Part shown: in pieces, positions 10,542 to 20,992 of the stretch | Numbering within the stretch: position 1 is the first letter of the stretch | Layout: every line of letters starts with the position of its first letter | Source: a virus | IMG/VR virus record: IMGVR_UViG_2822225849_000004 | Reading direction: 5' to 3' (one strand) | Length of the DNA stretch: 64,000 bases | The notes under the pieces: model-generated | Seen by the model: the letters and a program-made list of their open reading frames with translations, nothing else | What the model was told of the DNA's origin: nothing | Databases searched by the model: none | Program-made: the position numbers and the translations under genes

Positions 10542-11075
10542 ATGGAAATTACTGTACAGGACATAAAGAACAGGGTAAATGTTCAACGAATGCCCGATAC
10601 GGTAATCCAGGAGCTCATTAGTCAATATGAATTGATTACTAAAAACTATTTGAGAAGTAAGCCAAGTAACCCAATGAAAGAGAAAGTTAGAACAAGTAAA
10701 TTGGCTTGGCTTTCTTTTCGAGTAGAAAATTTGATCAAGGTAATCCATATTGGTTCTGGGGAAGAAGTTACCAATTCAGTTTTTTCTGATGGATGCACTG
10801 TATATGGTTTAAGTGAGAATCAATTATATGAATTTGAGTATACGATACAAGATTATGATGGACTTTTGACTTTAATGAAAAAATGCATCATCGATATGAC
10901 GTGTTATGCGGTAATTCGAACAAATCTACAATATGAAAATATGAAAAAATCAGCAAATATCGGAGATTATTCATATGAAATAAATATTGAATCGCTAGAT
11001 GAGGAAACTGTAAATAAAAAGGTTTTAAAAGTATTAAAAAAATACCGAAGTAGAAACCCTTTAATAGCATTATGA
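10542..11075 (+). CDS. Head-tail connector/adaptor
   Basis: Position; C-terminal KSANIGDYSY motif typical of gp15-like adaptors. Confidence 0.7.
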   Translation: MEITVQDIKNRVNVQRMPDTVIQELISQYELITKNYLRSKPSNPMKEKVRTSKLAWLSFRVENLIKVIHIGSGEEVTNSVFSDGCTVYGLSENQLYEFEYTIQDYDGLLTLMKKCIIDMTCYAVIRTNLQYENMKKSANIGDYSYEINIESLDEETVNKKVLKVLKKYRSRNPLIAL

Positions 11076-11103
11076 ATGAAAGAATAGGCTGTGAACATTA
11101 GAT

Positions 11104-11430
11104 ATGGAAGAATTATATATACATGAAGTAACTGTGAAAAGGAATCAAAAGGTAAAGCAGCCGGCAGGAAATTTTAAAGAAGAGCCTGTCATTATTTATG
11201 AAAGAATGAAGTGTCGTGTAACAACACACACAGCGGTAGATAATGAAAGGTTAAAAAGAAATAAACAAAATTTTGAGCCGAATTTTAAAATTTATACTTC
11301 TGCAGAACATAACATCCACACAAATGATGTAATCTATTTTCATGATTATGTATTTGAGGTAAGAGGAGAACCAAGAAATCCATCATTTTTAAATCACCAT
11401 ATTGAATTGTATTGTGAGTTGTTGGAATAA
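11104..11430 (+). CDS. Head closure protein
   Basis: Position; YEV(R)GEPRNPSFLNHHIELYCE motif. Confidence 0.7.
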   Translation: MEELYIHEVTVKRNQKVKQPAGNFKEEPVIIYERMKCRVTTHTAVDNERLKRNKQNFEPNFKIYTSAEHNIHTNDVIYFHDYVFEVRGEPRNPSFLNHHIELYCELLE

Positions 11431-11848
11431 AATGACGAATACATCGGAATTCATGGTTACACGTAATTTAGAACAGGTTAAAGAACAACTTAATAAAATA
11501 ATGGTAGAAAGAATTATAAGTGCTTGCAATCAACTGCAACGAGAAATGAAACAAACAGTATCAGGTAGTCACAATGGTGTGAAGTATAAAATTCCACGAT
11601 CGAGTCGCACATATATTGCTTCAAAACCAGGAGAGACATTTGCTTCTAGAACGGGAGAATTACAAGATTCCATTAAATATGGCTTACATATTACAGATAC
11701 CGAAGTAGTAGGAACGATTGGAAGTGAATTAAAAAGAGCAGTGTATGTCGAAAATGGTACAAGTACTGTAGAAGCCCGACCTTTTTTCTTAAAAACGTTT
11801 GAAAAAGAGCGTGGGGAATTAAAAAGGACATTGGGAGGAGAACAATGA
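11402..11848 (+). CDS. HK97 gp10-like neck/tail completion protein (likely start 11432)
   Basis: ASKPGETFASRTGELQDSI, YVENGTSTVEARPFF. Confidence 0.75.
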   Translation: MNCIVSCWNKMTNTSEFMVTRNLEQVKEQLNKIMVERIISACNQLQREMKQTVSGSHNGVKYKIPRSSRTYIASKPGETFASRTGELQDSIKYGLHITDTEVVGTIGSELKRAVYVENGTSTVEARPFFLKTFEKERGELKRTLGGEQ

Positions 11849-12261
11849 CGACAAAAGCGATTGCAACAATCAGAAATATTATTGAGAAAGATACAATTGT
11901 GCAAAGTAATCTATCGAAATATGAAGGAGAGCCCGCTCTTACATTTCAAACTGCACAAAAAGATATGAAAATGCCTTATGCGGTAATGAGAATTGAATCT
12001 AATAATCCAGATGATATAGAGGTAATTGATCGGATGATCCTCACTTTTGATATATATTGTGGCCAAGGTGATTATGAAAAAGCGGATGTAATTTCAAGGC
12101 GAATAGAACATTTGTTAGACAGAGAAGCGGGATTGTTAAGAGATTCTGGTATTATTACAATTCATCGAGCAGGCAGTGTTGCAGTTCCGGATGAAGATCC
12201 ATCAATTATTCATATTAGTATTAAGTTTCTTGTACGGGTAGGAAGAATGGAATTATATTAA
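11845..12261 (+). CDS. Tail terminator
   Basis: KMPYAVM, LTFDIY motifs; directly precedes the major tail protein. Confidence 0.7.
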   Translation: MTTKAIATIRNIIEKDTIVQSNLSKYEGEPALTFQTAQKDMKMPYAVMRIESNNPDDIEVIDRMILTFDIYCGQGDYEKADVISRRIEHLLDREAGLLRDSGIITIHRAGSVAVPDEDPSIIHISIKFLVRVGRMELY

Positions 12262-12273
12262 GGAGGGAAAAAA

Positions 12274-12870
12274 ATGAGTTGGAAGCTTATTAATGGTGTA
12301 CGTGAGGGTACAACTGATAATTTTGTTATTGGACCGGGTGTAATGTATAAAGGTTTTAAAAGTGTAAAAGACCTAGGTGAGATGTTAGGAGCTACTACAG
12401 GTGGCTGTAAAGTGGGGTTTACTAGAGAATACTATGATGCTGATATTGATGGTGTTTTAGGAAAACTAGTTCGCGGAAAATGGCTATTAAAAGATGAACC
12501 ACATATGGAGGTTACACTTGTAGAATTTACGAAAGAAAATTTAGAGTTAGCTCTACCAGGCGTAGATGTAGATAGTACGACTGATAACGACTATAACATT
12601 GTAAAACCAACCAATGAAATTAAAGACACAAGTTATAGTGATATTGCAATAGTAGGTGTAGTTTCAGGAAGTGATATTCCGGTTATTTTTGTTATCCGAA
12701 ATGCAATGGTTGTTTCTTCTGTAGAAATTGATTTAAAAGATGGTAAAGGAACTGTAGGACTTAAATGCAAATTTATTGGTCATTATAGCGAAAGTTCGCC
12801 TAATACACCCCCTTATGAAATTTATTTACCAAAGAAAAAAGCACCTAAATTACCTACAACAAGTAAATAA
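12274..12870 (+). CDS. Major tail (tube) protein of a non-contractile tail
   Basis: NFVIGPGVMY...LGATTGGCKV...PPYEIYLPK; no sheath gene precedes it. Confidence 0.8.
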   Translation: MSWKLINGVREGTTDNFVIGPGVMYKGFKSVKDLGEMLGATTGGCKVGFTREYYDADIDGVLGKLVRGKWLLKDEPHMEVTLVEFTKENLELALPGVDVDSTTDNDYNIVKPTNEIKDTSYSDIAIVGVVSGSDIPVIFVIRNAMVVSSVEIDLKDGKGTVGLKCKFIGHYSESSPNTPPYEIYLPKKKAPKLPTTSK

Positions 12871-12912
12871 GTTGTAGGTTTTATTTTTAGGTCATAAAAG
12901 GAGATATTAAAT

Positions 12913-13410
12913 ATGACAACAATGCTAGAAAAAATGATGCATAATAGTACAGAAATTACAATTTCAGGCCAGAAGATGAAGATGAGACGTTTAAATGTAA
13001 AAGATGTTTGGCGTTTTACTAAGATTATTTCTAAAGTTGGTCGTCATGCAATGACTGATTTTATGGAGTTTGGGAAAGAAAAGAATGAAATCGATGAAAA
13101 AATCCAATTGGCCCAAATGAATGAAGAGCAACAAGAACAGTTAAATGAAATTGAAAAACAAAAAAAAGAAAAGGGTTTAGAGTTTGTCTTTCAATTATTG
13201 TCTATGATTCCGGAATGTGAAGATGAGTTCTCAGAATTTTTCTCTAGTCTATTACAGATTAAGCGTGAAGAATTCGATCAGTTACCACCAGAAGCTATGG
13301 TAGCAGTTATTGAAGGATTATTAGAAAGTGAAGATTTAATGTCTTTTTTCAATCAGGTCAAGGGTCTAATCAAATCTCAAAGTCTCAAGTGGAACAAACA
13401 AGAAATGTAG
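12913..13410 (+). CDS. Tail assembly chaperone (G-like)
   Basis: Acidic helical 165-aa ORF between the tube and tape measure genes. Confidence 0.75.
   Translation: MTTMLEKMMHNSTEITISGQKMKMRRLNVKDVWRFTKIISKVGRHAMTDFMEFGKEKNEIDEKIQLAQMNEEQQEQLNEIEKQKKEKGLEFVFQLLSMIPECEDEFSEFFSSLLQIKREEFDQLPPEAMVAVIEGLLESEDLMSFFNQVKGLIKSQSLKWNKQEM
13344..13350 (+). other. Candidate -1 programmed frameshift heptamer T TTT TTC
   Basis: In-frame X XXY YYZ at Ser-Phe-Phe codons. The -1 frame is open from 13332 and continues into ORF 13389-13793. Confidence 0.65.
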
Positions 13411-13793
13411 AAAATGATTCTAATAAATACATAGAAGAAACAGAGCAAAATATGCTAAGGGCTTTTGATAAAGTCCAAAAACGGTATGGATGGACAGATG
13501 ATTATGTCTTATCCATACCGTATTCTCGTTTAATGGACTTATTTTCTTTTATTAGTCAGGAAGAGCAGCAAGAAGAATTAAATGAATGGAAAAAGATGGC
13601 CTTTATCGGATTTCAAACAAGGCAATTAGAAGAAGGAACAACTTTTCATGACTATTTGCAAGCTTTTGGACTTACGGAATCTACGTCGGATGGGGAAGAA
13701 AATGAGACTATGGAAGTTTGGTCCAAAGAGGAATGTATCGACCATGCAAATAAGCTGATTGCAGAGTTTCAGTTTGAAGACGATCAGGAATAA
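13389..13793 (+). CDS. Tail assembly chaperone extension (T-like), -1 frame relative to upstream gene
   Basis: YGWTDDYVLSIPYSRL motif; overlaps the G-like gene in the -1 frame. Confidence 0.7.
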   Translation: MEQTRNVENDSNKYIEETEQNMLRAFDKVQKRYGWTDDYVLSIPYSRLMDLFSFISQEEQQEELNEWKKMAFIGFQTRQLEEGTTFHDYLQAFGLTESTSDGEENETMEVWSKEECIDHANKLIAEFQFEDDQE

Positions 13794-13823
13794 AAAACTT
13801 CCTAGTTAGAAAGGGGGGAGTGA

Positions 13824-16208
13824 ATGTTTACAGAAGTATTCCAGTTGTTCGGTACAATTGGAATTAAAGCAGATGAAGCTTATAAGGATTTAGCAAAGTT
13901 TGAGGAAAGTTTACAAAAGGCTTCTAAGAACATACAAGAAAAATTTCAAAAACCAGCAGAAGTACTTAATCAAATAAATGGCCAAATTCAAAAATTTGGT
14001 AACGGAGCGACCAATGTTTTTGGGAAGATTGGTAACAAAGCGGATCAGGCATATAAAGGTGTAGAAAAGTTTGAAGAGAGAGTGCAAAAAGCCTCTAATA
14101 CAATGCAAGAAAAAATCCAAAAATCAGCAGATTCTCTTGGGAATATTAGCAAGCAAATGCAAACGTTTGGTGACACTATTTCAAATAAAGTCACAAAACC
14201 GATAGAACAAGTCAATAGCAAAGCTTTACAATTTGCTAACGATGTGGAAGGTTCTCAAAAAAAACTACAGGATATGCTGGGGTTAACTGAAAAAGATGCA
14301 AAGAGTTTGGCTGGAACTATTCAACCTATCGCTCAACAAGTCGTGAAGATTTCTAATATAGTAATACCATCGTTGAAGCAAACGGTTGAGTTAATCAAAT
14401 CTGTTTCTGGTCTTATATCTAAGGCGAGTGAAATCATTGGTGGCCTTGTAAATATAGTTAAAACATTAATGCAAATACCGGGTGCAATTACGGCGATTAT
14501 TAAAGATGCCTTAAAACTAATTAAAGTTTTTAGTGAGTTTGCACAGATATTGACTGGTCTTGGAAAATCAATGTTTTCATTAGTATTAAGCCCATGGGGT
14601 TTTGCGATAATTGCAATGGTTGCTTTAGTATATGTGCTGTATAAAAATTGGGATTCAATTGTGAAATATACAAAGCAGGCAGTGCAATGGATCAGTGATA
14701 TTTGTTCTAAAGCCTGGGATGCTATTGTTAAAGTTGCGAAGTCAGTATGGGATAGCTTGTCAAAGTTTTTCTCAAGTTTTTGGGAAGGAACAAAAAAAGT
14801 ATTCCAATCTGCGGTATCGTTTATAGATAAAATACTTAGCGGGGCATGGAAAATAATTACTACTGTAATTACAATGTATATCAACATATGGAAAAAGACA
14901 TTTGAAATTGGTTGGAATTTAATAAAAACGATATTTAATACAGTGCTAAACGTAATAAAAAGTGTTGTTAAGTTTGCTTTAGAATTTATTAAAAGCTATA
15001 TCTCTACTGCTATTAAAATATGGCAAAATATTTTTAAAACTGGCTGGGATATTATAAAAACAGTTTTTACGACGGTGCTAAACTTTTTGAAATCATTTAT
15101 AAGTGGTGCATTTCAAGCGATTCGCAGCATAATTACGACTGTGATGAATGGGATAAAAACCGTCATTTCTACAGTGTGGAATGGAATAAAGGTAATTTTT
15201 ACGACTGTATTAAACTTCTTAAAATCAGTTGTAAGTAGTGTGTTTCAAGCAATTCATAGCATAATTACAACTGTAATGAATGGAATAAAGACGGTTATTT
15301 CTACGATTTGGAATGTAATTAAAACAGTTTTTATAACTGTATTAGAGACTATAAAGAATTTTGTGGTTACAGCATTTCATTTTATAAAAAACACAATTAC
15401 GACTGTAATGGATATCGTAAAGTCTATTATTGTAACCGCATGGAATTTTATTAAAGAAACAATAATAGTTGCTGTTCGGACATTTGTTAACTTTGTGGTG
15501 GATAACTTTAATAAGATAAAAAACACAATATTTAGTGTTGTTGGTGCTATTAAAGATTTCATAGTAAGTAACTTTGCAGCAATTAAAAAAGCTATCGTCG
15601 GAGCGTTTGACGGCGTTGTTGATACAGTAAAGGATGTATTCGGTAAAGTTGGTTCTATAGTTAAGGGGATAGCAAACGACGCTGTAAGCTGGGGGAAAGA
15701 TATTATTGCTGGTATTGGTAAAGGTATGACATCTATGGCTGGCTGGGTTGTTGATAAAGCTAAAGGCGTTGTAGACGGAATACCAAAAGCAGTTAAAAGT
15801 TTCTTTGGTATAAAATCTCCTTCGCGTCTAATGATGGAATACGGCGGATATATTACAGAAGGTCTTGGTGTAGGGATGGAAAAAATGATTCCGGCTGTAG
15901 ACAAGGCTTCTGGATTGTTAAATAAAGCGGTTGTTCCACCGAAACCGATGCAACTAGTAACGGATGTATCTACCCGAATTGGACAAATGGGGGCACATTC
16001 TGCTGATATGATTGGAAAAGCTGCACATCCATTTGCTGGGCAATCTTCTGTTGAAAAGAAAACAGATAAAGGTGTTACAATTCAAAATGCTACATTCAAA
16101 GTTGCTGTTGAAAAATTGCAAACCGCAGAGGATTTTGTGAAAATGAGAAAATTACTACAAAACGTAGTTGCTGACGATCTAATGGGAATGGCGGTGCGGA
16201 ATGTATGA
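13824..16208 (+). CDS. Tape measure protein
   Basis: 794 aa, helical with 11/22-aa Trp/Phe periodicity; FFGIKSPSRLM motif near the C-terminus. Confidence 0.9.
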   Translation: MFTEVFQLFGTIGIKADEAYKDLAKFEESLQKASKNIQEKFQKPAEVLNQINGQIQKFGNGATNVFGKIGNKADQAYKGVEKFEERVQKASNTMQEKIQKSADSLGNISKQMQTFGDTISNKVTKPIEQVNSKALQFANDVEGSQKKLQDMLGLTEKDAKSLAGTIQPIAQQVVKISNIVIPSLKQTVELIKSVSGLISKASEIIGGLVNIVKTLMQIPGAITAIIKDALKLIKVFSEFAQILTGLGKSMFSLVLSPWGFAIIAMVALVYVLYKNWDSIVKYTKQAVQWISDICSKAWDAIVKVAKSVWDSLSKFFSSFWEGTKKVFQSAVSFIDKILSGAWKIITTVITMYINIWKKTFEIGWNLIKTIFNTVLNVIKSVVKFALEFIKSYISTAIKIWQNIFKTGWDIIKTVFTTVLNFLKSFISGAFQAIRSIITTVMNGIKTVISTVWNGIKVIFTTVLNFLKSVVSSVFQAIHSIITTVMNGIKTVISTIWNVIKTVFITVLETIKNFVVTAFHFIKNTITTVMDIVKSIIVTAWNFIKETIIVAVRTFVNFVVDNFNKIKNTIFSVVGAIKDFIVSNFAAIKKAIVGAFDGVVDTVKDVFGKVGSIVKGIANDAVSWGKDIIAGIGKGMTSMAGWVVDKAKGVVDGIPKAVKSFFGIKSPSRLMMEYGGYITEGLGVGMEKMIPAVDKASGLLNKAVVPPKPMQLVTDVSTRIGQMGAHSADMIGKAAHPFAGQSSVEKKTDKGVTIQNATFKVAVEKLQTAEDFVKMRKLLQNVVADDLMGMAVRNV

Positions 16209-16888
16209 GTATATTAAAAACATTGCATAGAAGAGCTGGTTCATATCATCTCTTTTGGGATGCTACAGAATTAAAAAGTACAATTAAATATACTATTAAT
16301 TTTTCATGGCCTGGGACATATAATTTTTCTTTTATGTCCCAAGTTCCTATTGGTTCTGATGGTATGTTACCAGATAAATACTTTATTGTTCGCGTAAATG
16401 GTATTGAAAAATTTAGAGCAAGAGGTGCTTATGCCTGGGAAGCAAGAGAAATTTTTGTTGGCGCAGGGCCACAAACAATTGAATTTACAACAAGCGGTTA
16501 CGGTTCTTCTGACGTAGCCTATTTGCGTGATGTTTATTATCATGCATATGGACCTATACCTACAATTGCAATGATTGAACAAACGAAAATGCCTAAATCC
16601 TTAGACGGATTAAAAAATTACAATGTTATGCATGGATATCCTCGTTACCAGGGTACTGGTAATAAAGGATGTGAAGTAGAATTTACTGCTTTATTCAATG
16701 ATATCAGTCATTGGCGTGAGTTCATGGGGGAAATATATCGCCCTCATATTATTACAGGTGATTACGGTACCTACGGTGGTATTATTCCACCTAATGAAGT
16801 TGATGCAATACGTAAAGGAACGCTAGTAATAGCAAAGTGTAAATTAATATCTATGTCACAAGCAGGTATTGGAGTTGATGGAATGTGA
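16205..16888 (+). CDS. Putative distal tail protein
   Basis: Position immediately after the tape measure; ATGA overlap. Confidence 0.55.
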   Translation: MSILKTLHRRAGSYHLFWDATELKSTIKYTINFSWPGTYNFSFMSQVPIGSDGMLPDKYFIVRVNGIEKFRARGAYAWEAREIFVGAGPQTIEFTTSGYGSSDVAYLRDVYYHAYGPIPTIAMIEQTKMPKSLDGLKNYNVMHGYPRYQGTGNKGCEVEFTALFNDISHWREFMGEIYRPHIITGDYGTYGGIIPPNEVDAIRKGTLVIAKCKLISMSQAGIGVDGM

Positions 16889-18429
16889 GAGAAGGATCTA
16901 TTTCTTTAATCAGAATGTTGGGGAGCTATTTCCAAGTGGGGAATAATGCTCCTAATTTAATTGTTTATATGAAAAAAAGAGAATCTTCTTCTTATGTACA
17001 GATACAACATCGTGTAATGAGCCTGGAAGTGCAGGAGAACGCAGATCAGTTCGCAAGTACATTTTCTATTACCTTTGCTAATGAATATGGGCAAATGGCA
17101 CCTGATAACTGGTATGGTAAGTTTTCTTCCATTCAAGAATGGTTTTACAACAGTGAAGTAACAAACACAAACCAACTATATCCGCAGACTGAATTTAAGG
17201 TTTCTATCGGTTATGGCGAAGAAGCTTTACCGTATATACATGGTTTTGTATCTGACGTAAAGGTGAATGCCGAAAGCGGCACAATATCAGTTACCTGCAC
17301 AACATCGTATAAAAAGGTTCTACAAAAATCAGTAATTCCAACGCCGGGATCAGATGAAATTGTTGCACCGACTGGAAATGTGTATGATGTAGTGAAATTC
17401 TTCCTTGAAAAAGCAGGAGTTACATTACACGGAAGTAGGGTAAACATTCCTGGGACCAATGAAAGTTGGATTGTTGAAGGGGCAACTGGAAAGAGGTTTC
17501 AAAAGTGGGATGAAATTGTACGGGATATTATAGATACAACATTCCACTACATTAAACATGAACCAGATGGAAGTTGTACATTTATGAAAATGCCAGACTA
17601 CGAAATTAACGAACTTGCCAAATTTAGTTTTAGAGAAGGGGAAAACCTGATCTCTTTAGATATGCAATTAACAGATCAGGACATTAGTAATAGTATTGTT
17701 ATTAAATGTGGAGATTATGCTAATGGTTTTGTTAATTCATTCTTACTTAAAAACGTCTCTCTAGGGGATTTGCGAGAGGAAATGATAGAGGTACCTTGGG
17801 CAACAACATTCTTTGCAAGAAGGGCAGTTGCTGCAGCTTATCATTTAAAAGCGATTCAAAAATTCAGAACACTAACAGTTGCGGTGATAGGGAATCCGCG
17901 AATTCAATTGTTCGATGTGGTTTCCATTTACAATAGGGATTCTGGGCAACAATGGAACTACTTTGTTAAAGGAATTAACACAATGATTTCTGCTGATGAT
18001 GGATTCTATCAAACTTTAGATTTATCCGTTAACTATGGATATGAACCTACTCCGTATACCGATATAACAGGAATCACAGTAAATGTAGATACATTACGAT
18101 TAAAGCTGTGGGATTGGGATTATGAGGATGGAGATTTATTAAATATTTATTGTAATAACAAATTAATAGTGGAAAACTACTTTATCCGAAACAATCCTAC
18201 GTATGTTGATATACCACTTGAATATGGCGTGAATATTATTATTTTTGAAGCGGTGCGCACTCCTTTAGGAATACTTACCGGGCGATTACAAGTATTAGAT
18301 ACACAAAATAATATCTTATTTGATTATGGTTCTTTACCAGATTTAACGTTTGATGAAACAGATTTAAATGCAGATAGATATTATATTAAACGCCCAGCTA
18401 AAACGTGGCCTGTAACAAGGGTAAATTAG
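16885..18429 (+). CDS. Putative baseplate hub/Tal-like protein
   Basis: Hub-like pattern: EVQENADQFASTFSI, KHEPDGSCTF, GNPRIQLFDVV; C-terminal beta-sandwich. Confidence 0.6.
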   Translation: MREGSISLIRMLGSYFQVGNNAPNLIVYMKKRESSSYVQIQHRVMSLEVQENADQFASTFSITFANEYGQMAPDNWYGKFSSIQEWFYNSEVTNTNQLYPQTEFKVSIGYGEEALPYIHGFVSDVKVNAESGTISVTCTTSYKKVLQKSVIPTPGSDEIVAPTGNVYDVVKFFLEKAGVTLHGSRVNIPGTNESWIVEGATGKRFQKWDEIVRDIIDTTFHYIKHEPDGSCTFMKMPDYEINELAKFSFREGENLISLDMQLTDQDISNSIVIKCGDYANGFVNSFLLKNVSLGDLREEMIEVPWATTFFARRAVAAAYHLKAIQKFRTLTVAVIGNPRIQLFDVVSIYNRDSGQQWNYFVKGINTMISADDGFYQTLDLSVNYGYEPTPYTDITGITVNVDTLRLKLWDWDYEDGDLLNIYCNNKLIVENYFIRNNPTYVDIPLEYGVNIIIFEAVRTPLGILTGRLQVLDTQNNILFDYGSLPDLTFDETDLNADRYYIKRPAKTWPVTRVN

Positions 18430-18439
18430 GGGTGATTCT

Positions 18440-18823
18440 ATGATAATGCAAAAGAATTTATATGATCCTATTATGTATTTAATGAAAGGATTAATTGATA
18501 GAGAATTTTACAGCGGTGGAAAACCGATGCCTGGTAACGATCCAAATGATGTTTTTAAAGAAGGTATGACCGAGGGGTATACACTGGTTCGTGATGGTGC
18601 TCGGTTATCGGCAGTTGATGGAGATAAATATCTGCACTACGACTTGGTTTTTAATGGACAAGCACTGCTTGAAAAGGTCCTTATATCCCATAAAATAACG
18701 GGTAAAAAGATGGAGATGCAACTAATTTATAACGCAAACAAACAATTAGATCGAGTACAACCAAGGCTTATTAATAAAGGTAGCGGTATGTTATCTGATT
18801 TACCAATTCCCGATGTGTCGTAA
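18440..18823 (+). CDS. Tail-tip hypothetical protein
   Basis: ORF with RBS within the tail operon. Confidence 0.6.
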   Translation: MIMQKNLYDPIMYLMKGLIDREFYSGGKPMPGNDPNDVFKEGMTEGYTLVRDGARLSAVDGDKYLHYDLVFNGQALLEKVLISHKITGKKMEMQLIYNANKQLDRVQPRLINKGSGMLSDLPIPDVS

Positions 18824-18867
18824 TGATGCATGGGGATTTTTTAATACAATAAAAAGGGTGATTACCT

Positions 18868-19242
18868 TTGTTTGAAACAACGTATATAGCTGGTGGTCGA
18901 TTAGATGCGCCATTTTATCCAACGAAAACCTTTCCGTATATGAAAGGTTTTATAATGGATTCTAAAGCATGGACAGAAGATAAGATGGAATACGTATTAC
19001 CAATTGACATGGAGTTTTATGCCATTAGTGTGAGTAGTTCTATGTATGAAATCGATGATAAATGGTCGCTTATTGTAAATGACGGTATTGTCTGTGAGGA
19101 TATTTATACAAAAAAAATACCAGAAGGTATAAGTCTTATGTCCTATATGCAATTAAAGGCTGGAGATAAAATTATTTTTAAATTTCATAACCAAGGAATT
19201 AATAATAAGCAAGTATGGATTGCTTTACAGTTTTTGAAGTAA
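18868..19242 (+). CDS. Tail-tip protein, paralog A
   Basis: AGGRLDAPFYPTKT N-terminus shared with the next gene. Confidence 0.65.
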   Translation: MFETTYIAGGRLDAPFYPTKTFPYMKGFIMDSKAWTEDKMEYVLPIDMEFYAISVSSSMYEIDDKWSLIVNDGIVCEDIYTKKIPEGISLMSYMQLKAGDKIIFKFHNQGINNKQVWIALQFLK

Positions 19243-19255
19243 TTGGAGGGAGATT

Positions 19256-19633
19256 ATGAGTTTTGCTGTAAATTATATGGCTGGTGGCCGATTAGATGCT
19301 CCATACTTTCCAACCAAAACGATTCCTTTTATAAAAGGAAGAAGAATAGGTGTTTATGAAAATATTCATCATAATGAATTTATAGCACCAGTTGATATGG
19401 AGATGATTGCATTTTCTATTGGTGCATCAAAATATAACGATAATGACTATTGGAATTTATATATTAATAATGAAAAAATAGCAGATGAAATTTATATGAA
19501 AGATGTTCCCGAAGGATTTAATTTTTCTGTTGTTAAACAGATTCCTGCCAAAGCGATTATCCGTTTTGAATATATAAATAAATCTTTGGAGAAAAAAGCT
19601 ATTTGGCTTAATTATCAATTTTTAAAAGATTAG
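19256..19633 (+). CDS. Tail-tip protein, paralog B
   Basis: AGGRLDAPYFPTKT; co-linear with 18868-19242. Confidence 0.65.
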   Translation: MSFAVNYMAGGRLDAPYFPTKTIPFIKGRRIGVYENIHHNEFIAPVDMEMIAFSIGASKYNDNDYWNLYINNEKIADEIYMKDVPEGFNFSVVKQIPAKAIIRFEYINKSLEKKAIWLNYQFLKD

Positions 19634-19645
19634 GAGTGAAGTAAA

Positions 19646-20977
19646 GTGGCGTTTATTGAAAAGGTATTTCAAGAAGGAAGTTTCTTAGATGATCTTGTAA
19701 ATCTAGCAACAAGTAACGGATGGGAAAAGGTGAAAAAGTTTCAAAAGGCGGGGTATTCCTTACAACTAAGAAATAATTATTATGATAGAGACAGTTTAAT
19801 TAAATTTGGTTTAGCAGAACACACAATTATTAAAAATGTAGAAGGAACTATGTATGGATTAGTTCAAATTGCTTCTTGGGATATACCTAAAAAAGATGTT
19901 ACTTATAAATTTGATACAGAAGAGGATAAGGCGGAGTTTATTAAGGATGCAAAATCAAGATATAGTAGAAATCTTGATCGTTCTTGTTTTTATATTTATA
20001 TGATTGAAAAAGAACCGGTATTTAAAGAAGGAACAGCATCAGTTGTGACTTTTGATACTTTTCCAAAAGGCCTAATAGATGTAGAAGTGAGTAAAACAGA
20101 CATTAATATGAAGGATGGTTCCCCGGTTATCGCCTATACTGATGCTAATACAGACGTTATGATGTCACCATTTGTAAAAATAACATTACGAAACCCAAAC
20201 TTACAAGGTGTTGATGTGAAAACAAATTGGTGGCCTGATTCATTAGTTAGAGTAACTGGCCAAGTTGATAAGGATCGTGTGGTTTTATTAATTCAAGCAG
20301 ATAATACACCTGCATTTGAAAATAATGTAGTTCCGGTTACACCTTTATATATGGGCAAAATTGAAAGCTATGCGAAAGATGATCAAATTGGTGACGCACT
20401 TTGGGCAGGGACAGCATTTGATACAGGTGCAGAAAATAGCTCACATGCATTTGATTTTAATGATAAGAAACCATATAGAAATGTGAATGATAGCTTGCCA
20501 ATTTTAAAAACATATCCTAAATCACCAGGTAATGGTATTGATAACGTTATTATTAAGCGCTCGCGATTAGGGGCTAGATATCAAGCTCATTATATTGCTT
20601 GGAATGTTGCTCCGAATGAGATGCCGCCTGATAGAAAAGGAGTAAATGGTGGTCAATATCCACTAGCTTGGCAGTCTCATGATAATGATGAATATAAGTA
20701 TCAATTTAATCCTTCGGTATATAGTGGTCGCGTTCATACATCTCGTGCTTATGTTGTTCATCCAGATGAAGGTGTGCGAGGTTTCTTACCTCATATGGTT
20801 TTACTATCACCTTTAGGATTATTGAATGGGGATAAGTTAAAAGTACGAAAGAATACTTGTCCAGATACATTTGATATTTATCGTTTTTATAATGTTGATG
20901 CGATTTCGCCAATTACAAAAAGACCAGCGACACCGTATCGTCCAGCTGGATTAGGAATTTATGAGAAGTCAATGTAA
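19646..20977 (+). CDS. Tail-tip structural protein (five-member paralog family)
   Basis: N-terminal helix ending NGW; C-terminal FNPSVYSG...GVRG...GDKL motif. Confidence 0.65.
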   Translation: MAFIEKVFQEGSFLDDLVNLATSNGWEKVKKFQKAGYSLQLRNNYYDRDSLIKFGLAEHTIIKNVEGTMYGLVQIASWDIPKKDVTYKFDTEEDKAEFIKDAKSRYSRNLDRSCFYIYMIEKEPVFKEGTASVVTFDTFPKGLIDVEVSKTDINMKDGSPVIAYTDANTDVMMSPFVKITLRNPNLQGVDVKTNWWPDSLVRVTGQVDKDRVVLLIQADNTPAFENNVVPVTPLYMGKIESYAKDDQIGDALWAGTAFDTGAENSSHAFDFNDKKPYRNVNDSLPILKTYPKSPGNGIDNVIIKRSRLGARYQAHYIAWNVAPNEMPPDRKGVNGGQYPLAWQSHDNDEYKYQFNPSVYSGRVHTSRAYVVHPDEGVRGFLPHMVLLSPLGLLNGDKLKVRKNTCPDTFDIYRFYNVDAISPITKRPATPYRPAGLGIYEKSM

Positions 20978-20992
20978 AGGGGAGAGAAAAAC

